Below, in pieces: positions 1 to 7,023 of a stretch of 7,023 bases of DNA. The notes under the pieces were generated by a model. That model worked only from the letters and a program-made list of their open reading frames with translations. It made no database searches and was not told the DNA's origin. Position 1 is the first letter of the stretch; the number at the start of each line of letters is the position of its first letter. The position numbers and the translations under genes are program-made. The stretch is from Paramicrosporidium saccamoebae KSL3 (taxonomy: Eukaryota > Fungi > Cryptomycota). The stretch lies in NCBI GenBank assembly GCA_002794465.1, contig MTSL01000127.1, forward strand, positions 1-7,023, read 5' to 3'.

Positions 1-1
1 A

Positions 2-2002
2 TTGGATCTCCCCAGTTACGAGCTTGATGAGAAAGACTTGAAAAGGCTGCTTAATCACACTCCTCTCCTCGGACACGCACTAATGGTTGGAGCAAAGACA
101 CTTCCCGTTAATCTGTATGATATCCTAGGCCCTCAAATCATTACTGTATGCCATCAGAAACGCGCTGGAATTCACCTCTTTGCCACACTCGAAAAGGTCG
201 AAAATGCTGCCGATATAATTTCCAATATACCCCCCGCGTTCTGCGCAAGTCTAAGCAAGGGAGAGTACCTCCGATACACGTGGCTGAGAGCCAATTTCTC
301 TGAAGAGTGTAGAAAACACCTCCAATTCCCACCCAATTATCTAACCCCCGAACTGTCTTCTGATCCACACGAACGCAGTAATGGTCTCGACGCACTAAAA
401 ATGGGTCATGCACCACGGCCAAGTCCTCTCGACTTGGAGGAGATGCTGACTGACATCATTTGGTCCAATTGCGACGAAAAACACTGCTCAAAGGGCCGAA
501 TTTGTGCGCGCGGGCAACTTCAAGTGCCATCCAACTACCTTGATCCCGAGGGAGGATCTTTCACCTTGACCTTTTATCGCTACACACAACATAACCAGGC
601 ACCACGATCCCATTTGATATTCCTGGCCGGTGGTCCTGGAGGACCGGGTCTAGACCATCGTCGAAATGCAACATCCATCTCCAAGATGACTGACGGAGAA
701 GTCGCTACATATCTTATTGATCATCGCGGTCTTGGCGAGTCGGGACAATTTACCGAGGCGGGCAGTTCGTGGGAAACCGAAACAGCAAATCTAAAGTCGA
801 CGTTTGCAAACAAGAAATTTGATGAAAAGGACCTGCAGCTCGAACCCGCTGCCCTGGATGTAGCAATGGTGGGACTAGCTTTAAAGCGTACTAATCCCAC
901 AGACCGTCTGTCAATATATGGCACTTCGTATGGTGCGCTTTGGGCTCACGAAACAGTTCGATTTGCCCCCGACCTATTTTATTCAGCTGTGCTTGAAGGG
1001 ATGCCAGCGTTGGAGGAAGTCGCGGAAAGACACAGCTTTCGAGACATCCTGGAACATTGTAGATTGGATCCTTTTTGCCGTTCCAAAATGGGCTCGGATG
1101 TTTTGGATTCCTTCCCCAAGATGGTCGGACAACTCGGAAATCCCGAGACAAACAAATGTGTCAAGATTCTACACCATAAACTCGGCATCTTTGGAAAGAC
1201 TACAGAAGAGCGAGTTCAAAGGATTACAGGTTTCTTTAGAGAGTTTGTTATCCTTCCGCCATCGGCAGCGACAGCCTATGCCAACGTCCAAGTTTTACTG
1301 CCCATTGTAAAGGCAACTATAGACTGTATCAATGTTGGGGACTACTTGTCGCGTGTAGTACCATTGCTGCAGGGTATTTCTTGTCCCGATTTGCAAAATG
1401 CCTTTAAATCAACTGCAACTAGCGACTACGACATAAACTTCTTTGTGGGCGGCATTGTTCAAAGCGGCTATTATGTTCCCTCAACCGGCTCTTCCAATAT
1501 TAATCCTCCCGATCTTCATCCATACTATTATCCCGACTATGTCTACCATTTGCCATTTTGCAGATATTGTTTGGTTGGAAGAAATAGAAATTCACCAATG
1601 CCGCTTGTCACGAAAAAGACTGCAGTCTACTTTCTTCAAGGACTCTTGGATGTTCAAACCCCATTTAGTCTTGCAAAAAAAGTCTTTGACTCGACAGAAG
1701 CGCCACTAAAGGTCTTCCTGCCAGTCAATAATCGTGGGCACGGAAACTTTGGACTGGGTAGAACTGAATACATTGTCGCCGCAGTCTATGGAGACTCTGT
1801 GTCAACAGCACAAAATCTCATCGAGGAGAGCGCGGAAAGTCAACCCATGAAATGGGAGTTTGCAGAGCAGGGCAATCCATTCAGTCAAATTTGGACCATG
1901 GTGAGAAATGCACCGGTAAACGAGCCTGTTCAAGGTCACCTTCCAAAGATGGAGATTCAGGAGCAAATCGTTCCAAGCCGCGACAATAAAATCCTTTATT
2001 GA
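2..2002 (+). CDS. Alpha/beta-hydrolase fold protein, peptidase S33 / tripeptidyl aminopeptidase (TAP)-like; 5' end lies outside the window (at least 666 aa)
   Basis: Uninterrupted ORF open at the window edge, stop TGA 2000-2002. Family motifs in order: W..C...C..LQVP.NY.DP start of the domain, oxyanion GGPGG (nt 629-643), DHRGLGES, nucleophile elbow GTSYG (Ser309, nt 926-928), QGLLD (Asp550, nt 1649-1651), RGH (His580, nt 1739-1741). Motif recognition is from knowledge of S33/TAP-like hydrolases; the substrate is unknown. Confidence 0.85.
   Translation: MDLPSYELDEKDLKRLLNHTPLLGHALMVGAKTLPVNLYDILGPQIITVCHQKRAGIHLFATLEKVENAADIISNIPPAFCASLSKGEYLRYTWLRANFSEECRKHLQFPPNYLTPELSSDPHERSNGLDALKMGHAPRPSPLDLEEMLTDIIWSNCDEKHCSKGRICARGQLQVPSNYLDPEGGSFTLTFYRYTQHNQAPRSHLIFLAGGPGGPGLDHRRNATSISKMTDGEVATYLIDHRGLGESGQFTEAGSSWETETANLKSTFANKKFDEKDLQLEPAALDVAMVGLALKRTNPTDRLSIYGTSYGALWAHETVRFAPDLFYSAVLEGMPALEEVAERHSFRDILEHCRLDPFCRSKMGSDVLDSFPKMVGQLGNPETNKCVKILHHKLGIFGKTTEERVQRITGFFREFVILPPSAATAYANVQVLLPIVKATIDCINVGDYLSRVVPLLQGISCPDLQNAFKSTATSDYDINFFVGGIVQSGYYVPSTGSSNINPPDLHPYYYPDYVYHLPFCRYCLVGRNRNSPMPLVTKKTAVYFLQGLLDVQTPFSLAKKVFDSTEAPLKVFLPVNNRGHGNFGLGRTEYIVAAVYGDSVSTAQNLIEESAESQPMKWEFAEQGNPFSQIWTMVRNAPVNEPVQGHLPKMEIQEQIVPSRDNKILY
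1984..2001. terminator. Pair of oppositely oriented AATAAA poly(A) signals at the convergent gene overlap
   Basis: caataaa-atcc-tttattg: AATAAA on + at 1985-1990 and on - at 2000-1995, the latter containing the TRAP-alpha stop. Function is inferred. Confidence 0.55.
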
Positions 2003-2689
2003 TCCTTGTGCTTGCTACTGGAAAAACTTTTGCGGACAATTACAAAAGCGAGCAGGCAACAAAGAACTAGGACGCCGTAGAGAGCAAGACTTTGGAAATC
2101 CGATATGGGCGACGATTCATTCGCAACAATGTTAATGACGCTCGAATAGCCGACCGATCGGTACCAGCGCTTCTTAGCAGTATCAGTAAAGTCTATGACA
2201 ACATGGAGACCCACGGCGACAGGATCCATGTCAGGCTTAATCCGGTAGGAGAGGGTCATTTCCTCGCCGACCGGTAGCTCGGCAAAGATGCGGTTCGTCG
2301 TGATATTTCTCAAAATATTGTTCATGTTTTCCGGATGCCGAAAGGATGGCGATAGGGAGAACACTGTAATGGTCTGAAACCAGTCGTTTCGCAGCAACAT
2401 GAGCAGCTCAGACTCTTCCCCCGACACAAGGTCTAATGATTAGGCAAGTGCAAGTGCTACTATTGTCGGGACTCTTTGGCCAAACTGCATGTGTAACATG
2501 AACCCGGTTTCCTGGGGACAGCTTCTTCATCAACGCCTCGAGGTCCGGCTCGGTATCCGTATTGGAAATAGTGTCGTGGTTCGGTTCCACCGCCTCGGCT
2601 TCAACTTGAACCTCAGCACAGAGTATCGTAGTCGATAAAAAAACCAACACGGCCAAGACAAAATAGGCCAGCCAGCGGCAACGGGTCAT
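1996..2689 (-). CDS. SSR1: Translocon-associated protein subunit alpha (TRAP-alpha); exons complement(2461..2689, 1996..2432), 221 aa
   Basis: ATG at 2689 starts a signal peptide (MTRCRWLAYFVLAVLVFLSTTILCA) followed by an acidic stretch. Removing the 28-nt intron joins the two listed ORFs in frame (WPKSPDN|NLVSGEESELL). The luminal part matches recalled TRAP-alpha features (LL..RN...ITV.SL..SFRHP.....I.N.T; Y.I.P...P...GL.V.IDF.D) and is followed by one C-terminal TM helix (LALYGVLVLCCLLAFVIV). Stop TAA 1998-1996. Confidence 0.85.
2433..2460 (-). other. Spliceosomal micro-intron (28 nt, GT-AG) of TRAP-alpha
   Basis: Minus strand gtagcacttgcacttgcctaatcattag, with branch-point-like CTAAT just before TAG; its removal restores the frame. 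Confidence 0.9.
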
Positions 2690-2694
2690 CCTGA

Positions 2695-2722
2695 GCTGAC
2701 TTTTAATTAAATTAAAAAAAAA
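2695..2722 (-). promoter_or_regulatory. AT-only tract plus GTCAGC immediately upstream of the TRAP-alpha start codon; candidate core promoter
   Basis: 2701-2722 (ttttaattaaattaaaaaaaaa) is entirely A/T and lies 12-33 nt upstream of the ATG at 2689; GCTGAC at 2695-2700. Confidence 0.4.
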
Positions 2723-2936
2723 CCGAGAAGCGTCTGTTAGATAGTACAACTAGGGTCATAACGTTGTATAGCGGATTGATTAGCTGGCTATTCGAGGATG
2801 ATCCTCTGATTTAGAGCAACCAATAAAAGACAGTGGGGAGATGTAAAAGTACTCTTATAAATGGAATATGTAGACACACTCCTCTAGATGCGATACATAT
2901 TTTTCTAGTATTGACAGCGAAAAAGTTTTCATTCCG

Positions 2937-2956
2937 TCTCTTCCCGCCTGACTTTG
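2937..2956 (+). repeat. Dispersed 20-nt intergenic element, copy A
   Basis: tctcttcccgcctgactttg; 16 nt identical and 19/20 overall with 5825-5844. Confidence 0.75.
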
Positions 2957-3115
2957 TATGTGGTATCTTTTCCACTACGCGACAATGTTATCAACCCCAC
3001 TGCGCCCCAAGGATTCTAATAAAGGATCTTACTACTAACCTCACAACGTCTTGGTCTAGTCTCACAAATTATGTACTCTATTGATTAATCTCCCAAGATT
3101 ACAAATATCAGAATA

Positions 3116-4084
3116 TCAGAATTCGGGTGTTCCGGGAATTTCAAGATCGTCAAGCTCGTCATCAAATGAATCTAATACAGAATCGCCAATAATCGTCTCA
3201 TTTTTGGAAACAGGGTCGGCATCACAGTCTCTTGCATTTCGATCAACAGATAGACTGGACAGGACGCAATTAAATGACAAGAATCCGCTTGCAGTGCTTT
3301 GGACGACAATCGGATGCTGGCTATCTTTGACGTATATGGACATGAGGCTTGCCAGGTTGGAGGCCAGCTTTACGCAAGTGTGCAGATCAAAAAGGTTTAA
3401 AATCACTGTAGTGTCCCTCTGTATCCGGAATTCGGTAAAATCATTCCTGTCTAGGAGGATTTTGGAAATGGAACGGCCTGCGCCGTGCAAAAGAATGCCG
3501 TGCTCGGGACTGAAATCCAACTGAATGTCCGCGTTGGCCATCCCTCCACATCCGGCAGACACTAAATATTGGCTCATTGTAGAGGCGATTGTGGAAATGC
3601 CAACAGGGTAGCTTTGAAGGTCAGGATGCACCGCCTTGAGGTACACTGCCGGCTCTGCTTGCAACTTTGTGATTACCTGTACATCTTGGGACTGGTTAGA
3701 GCGAATGATAAGCAACGAGTTTGCAAACGATATTGAGAGTTCGCTTGGGAGGTCCTTTAGACTTCCACGACATGCGTTTGTGAATGCAGTAATGTCGACA
3801 CGGGCAGCATGCGCGCCTGCAGCCTCTGGACTCCACCGATACCTTTCAAAGGATTCGGCGGGAATGCTAATATCGTACAGAGCCGACTGTGCAGAATTGA
3901 TACACGAAAGACAGAGCTATGATTATGGCAATGGCACTAATCGGCGTACCTGTTTGCTACGCATCTGAATGATCAACACTGAACTTGTGACGGACACTGC
4001 CCGCAAGCAGCCAACCAGCTCTACAAATTATATAGTGACACCAATTATACTCTGTACAAGGTCTCGTCGCAGGACAACTTCCAT
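3116..4084 (-). CDS. RAD9: 9-1-1 checkpoint clamp subunit Rad9 (Rad9/Ddc1 family); exons complement(4051..4084, 3950..4020, 3116..3916), 301 aa
   Basis: The spliced N-terminus MEVVLRRDLVQKLVGCLRAVSVTSSVLIIQMRSKQLCLSCINSAQSALYDISIPAESFERY aligns without gaps to the recalled human RAD9A start (..LSLRTVNSSRSAY.....FFQQY). The C-terminal ILLDRNDFTEFRIQRDTTVILNLFDL...SIY.....HPI....CVLSSL matches the Rad9 second-domain pattern, followed by an acidic tail ending IPGTPEF. Stop TGA 3118-3116. The supplied ORF track shows only the part from 3715. Confidence 0.85.
3917..3949 (-). other. Spliceosomal micro-intron 2 of Rad9 (33 nt, GT-AG, phase 0)
   Basis: Minus strand cag|gtacgccgattagtgccattgccataatcatag|ctc; contains in-frame TAA and TAG; its removal gives a continuous Rad9-like sequence. 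Confidence 0.85.
4021..4050 (-). other. Spliceosomal micro-intron 1 of Rad9 (30 nt, GT-AG, phase 1)
   Basis: Minus strand gtataattggtgtcactatataatttgtag; contains an in-frame TAA; its removal links ATG 4084 to exon 2 (VQ|KL). Confidence 0.8.
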
Positions 4085-4107
4085 ACTGTCAGCAGGGGAC
4101 GCCCACC

Positions 4108-5718
<1,611 letters not shown>

Positions 5719-5813
5719 CGTGGTTTGATCACCGTGTTATCCTAGTTTGGGGATATTCATTCATCCATTATATCACCCTGATTTGTAAGACTATAAAGGG
5801 CTGCTGAATTAGC

Positions 5814-5819
5814 AATAAA
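5814..5819 (+). terminator. Candidate poly(A) signal of SRP54
   Basis: AATAAA about 95 nt after the SRP54 stop. Confidence 0.45.
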
Positions 5820-5824
5820 CAGAT

Positions 5825-5844
5825 TCTCTTCCCGCCTGACCTTG
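5825..5844 (+). repeat. Dispersed 20-nt intergenic element, copy B
   Basis: tctcttcccgcctgaccttg; 19/20 identical to 2937-2956, same orientation. Confidence 0.75.
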
Positions 5845-5878
5845 CCCATGACATCTTCTCACACATTTACATGGTCTC

Positions 5879-5884
5879 TTTATT
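5879..5884 (-). terminator. Candidate poly(A) signal overlapping the stop of the small secreted protein gene
   Basis: Minus strand tct TAA TAA aga contains AATAAA. Confidence 0.45.
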
Positions 5885-6155
5885 AAGATGTGGTTTTTGC
5901 AACCGCCGCAATGTTATCAGATGTAAATTTGTCCTTGCAAGGTGTAGCTTTGACAAACGTATTTAATTGTTCTGCAGACGCCTCACTAGCGACGCGATAC
6001 TGAGCAAACATTTTGCTATTGTTATTGATAATGGAGAATTTGGTCTTGGTGTCGGTATCTTCGCTGATCAGAATACAGCCATCGCTTCCGGAAACCGTTT
6101 TAATGTCGGCATGTGCTGTTGCTGCAATTACGGCAAGAAGGAGAATGGCCTTCAT
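5883..6155 (-). CDS. Small secreted protein of unknown function (90 aa, about 74 aa mature)
   Basis: ATG at 6155; clear signal peptide MKAILLLAVIAATAHA|DIK with an A-H-A cleavage motif; two Cys; one N-X-S sequon (NNS); tandem TAA TAA stop with overlapping AATAAA. No family recognised. Confidence 0.8.
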   Translation of the reverse strand: MKAILLLAVIAATAHADIKTVSGSDGCILISEDTDTKTKFSIINNNSKMFAQYRVASEASAEQLNTFVKATPCKDKFTSDNIAAVAKTTS

Positions 6156-6215
6156 TATCACAAGTCAGCGTTGTGGCCACTAAGCTATTATTAAACTATT
6201 CGTCCACACCTATTC

Positions 6216-6269
6216 GGACCAATCACGCCGAATCCATGCAATTTCTAATTGGTCCACCAGTGCACCAAT
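6216..6269. promoter_or_regulatory. Cluster of three CCAAT boxes upstream of the small secreted protein gene
   Basis: GGACCAATCA (6216-6225), GGACCAATTA on - (6255-6246), GCACCAATC (6262-6270); 64-114 nt upstream of the ATG at 6155, with an AT-rich stretch at 6181-6200. Confidence 0.45.
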
Positions 6270-6522
6270 CTAGTTTGGGGTACAAGGAAATAGTACTTGC
6301 GAATGAGCACAATTCTAGATCATGGATTTAGTGCTAAAATCAAGGAGGGGCTGAAAGTAGAATTTTTATCTAGTTTCCTACTATGGAAGATCACTCTGTA
6401 GTTATCATGCATTACTTTACATAGACTACTAGCCATTTAAATAGTTCCCTTGTGCGGAATTTAGTTCCTTTGGACTTGTCGTTAGGTCAGCTAGTGTTAT
6501 CATTCTCAAAAATTTAATTTTA

Positions 6523-6729
6523 TCAAAATAGTGACCTAAATTTGCCCCGAATATCACCTTTTGCTTTACGAGCTTCCTCTAGACGAGCTACTCCTTCCGC
6601 TTCTCTACAATCTTTTCCTTCTGCTACTCTACGAGCTTCTCTATCTAGATTAATAACTTCTGGTTCATGTGCAGAATCGGCTCTTTCATGAAAAGAGGCA
6701 GTTTTTCCCTCTCCTCCCGGCGGTGGTAT
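6523..6729 (-). pseudogene. In-frame continuation (68 codons) of the repeat protein beyond the TAG at 6732-6730; disrupted C-terminus or readthrough extension
   Basis: IPPPGGEGKTASFHERADSAHEPEVINLDREARRVAEGKDCREAEGVARLEEARKAKGDIRGKFRSLF then TGA TAA. Same frame, begins as a continuation of the repeat unit, same codon style. Confidence 0.55.
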
Positions 6730-7023
6730 CTAAAGTGTAGTAGTCTCGCCTGTTGGATCAGCTGCTCCTCCAGGCGGTGCTTCAGGCGGCATCGTAAGTG
6801 TAGTAGTCTCAACTGTTGTATCAGCTCTCACAGGTGAAGCAGCAGCCTCAGGTGGAGCAGTAGTCACAGGTGTAGCAGCTGCTCCAACTGTCGGCATATC
6901 AAGTGTAGTAATCTCAACCACTGTATCAGTTCTCCCAGGTGAAGCAGTAGCCACAGGTGGAGCAGTTGGTACTTCAGACGGTGCTCCGGGTGGCGCCGGA
7001 AGTGTAGTGGTCTCAACTGTTGG
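6730..7023 (-). CDS. 3' part of a Pro/Thr/Ala-rich, mucin-like repeat protein (start outside the window); 97 codons visible before the TAG
   Basis: Frame open from the window edge: PTVETTTLPAPPGAPSEVPTAPPVATASPGRTDTVVEITTLDMPT...GETTTL*. Repeat spacings are all multiples of 3 and codon usage is consistently A/T-ending. Confidence 0.7.
   Translation of the reverse strand, partial: PTVETTTLPAPPGAPSEVPTAPPVATASPGRTDTVVEITTLDMPTVGAAATPVTTAPPEAAASPVRADTTVETTTLTMPPEAPPGGAADPTGETTTL
6733..7020 (-). repeat. Degenerate coding tandem repeat, four units anchored on E-T/I-T-T-L
   Basis: Plus-strand core aagtgtagt(a/g)(g/a)tctc at 6733, 6796, 6901 and 7000 (spacings 63, 105, 99). Segments 6796-6852 and 6901-6957 are identical at 49 of 57 positions. 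Confidence 0.9.

Noticed and set aside
2930-2956. GTCAGG..GGAA on the minus strand resembling SRP RNA helix 8, attractive given the nearby SRP54
   Set aside because: The required AGCA(G) on the 3' side and the closing stem are missing in both copies of the element.
2905-3014. Minus-strand fragments resembling U4 snRNA (ATCCTT..GCGCAGTGG, TGAAAACTTTT..CAATAC), or U6-like CCCC..TGCGC..AAGGAT on plus
   Set aside because: The spacing is about 20 nt too long, and there is no kink-turn, no TGCT stem I segment, no Sm site and no ACAGAGA box. An Infernal search with RF00015 and RF00026 would settle it.
3101-3121. Short tandem duplication aatatcag-aatatcag at the Rad9 stop, duplicating the TGA
   Set aside because: A single 8-nt slippage-type repeat with no evident consequence.
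3116-3715. Alternative assignment of the clamp protein as Hus1 or Rad1
   Set aside because: The reconstructed N-terminus (LSCINSAQSA) and the acidic tail with GTP match Rad9 specifically.
3857-3864. Third GGCGGGAA (E2F-like core) inside the Rad9 CDS
   Set aside because: Only 8 nt, encodes IPA in Rad9, and lacks the flanks shared by the two intergenic copies.
5742-6280. 11-nt direct repeat CTAGTTTGGGG (5742-5752 and 6270-6280) flanking the secreted protein gene like a target-site duplication
   Set aside because: An 11-nt match is expected several times by chance in 7 kb, and there are no terminal inverted repeats or transposase remnants.
6730-6732. Possible reassignment of TAG to an amino acid
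   Set aside because: The long conserved genes contain no internal TAG, and SRP54 ends at TAG at an expected length.
6898-6910. ATCAAGTGTAGTA, matching the U2 snRNA branch-pairing region
   Set aside because: Fully explained as the antisense of a coding repeat unit (TTLD); the flanking U2 stem-loops and Sm site are absent.
6733-7020. Conserved 15-nt core separated by variable spacers, superficially like a CRISPR array
   Set aside because: Spacings are 63, 105 and 99 nt, all multiples of 3; the spacers resemble each other and translate as one repeat protein; the context is eukaryotic with no cas genes.

Overview
Gene-dense eukaryotic nuclear DNA with very small spliceosomal introns (28-33 nt) and almost no spacer between some genes. 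This architecture resembles compact early-diverging fungal relatives (Rozellomycota/microsporidia-like); that placement is an inference, not a verified identification. Left to right: (1) a 5'-truncated alpha/beta-hydrolase (peptidase S33/TAP-like) on +; (2) translocon-associated protein alpha (TRAP-alpha/SSR1, 2 exons) on -, overlapping gene 1 tail-to-tail by 7 nt; (3) the 9-1-1 checkpoint clamp subunit Rad9 (3 exons) on -; (4) SRP54 (3 exons, first intron most likely GC-AG) on +, whose ATG is only 23 nt from the Rad9 ATG; (5) a 90-aa orphan secreted protein on -; (6) the 3' part of a Pro/Thr/Ala-rich repeat protein on -, whose frame continues 68 codons past an internal TAG. The most unusual signals concern gene expression in a compressed genome: a 23-nt divergent gap, a palindromic pair of poly(A) signals at the convergent overlap, a GCTGAC hexamer next to every visible start codon, and a 20-nt element repeated in two intergenic regions. 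No tRNA, rRNA, CRISPR array or mobile element could be supported.
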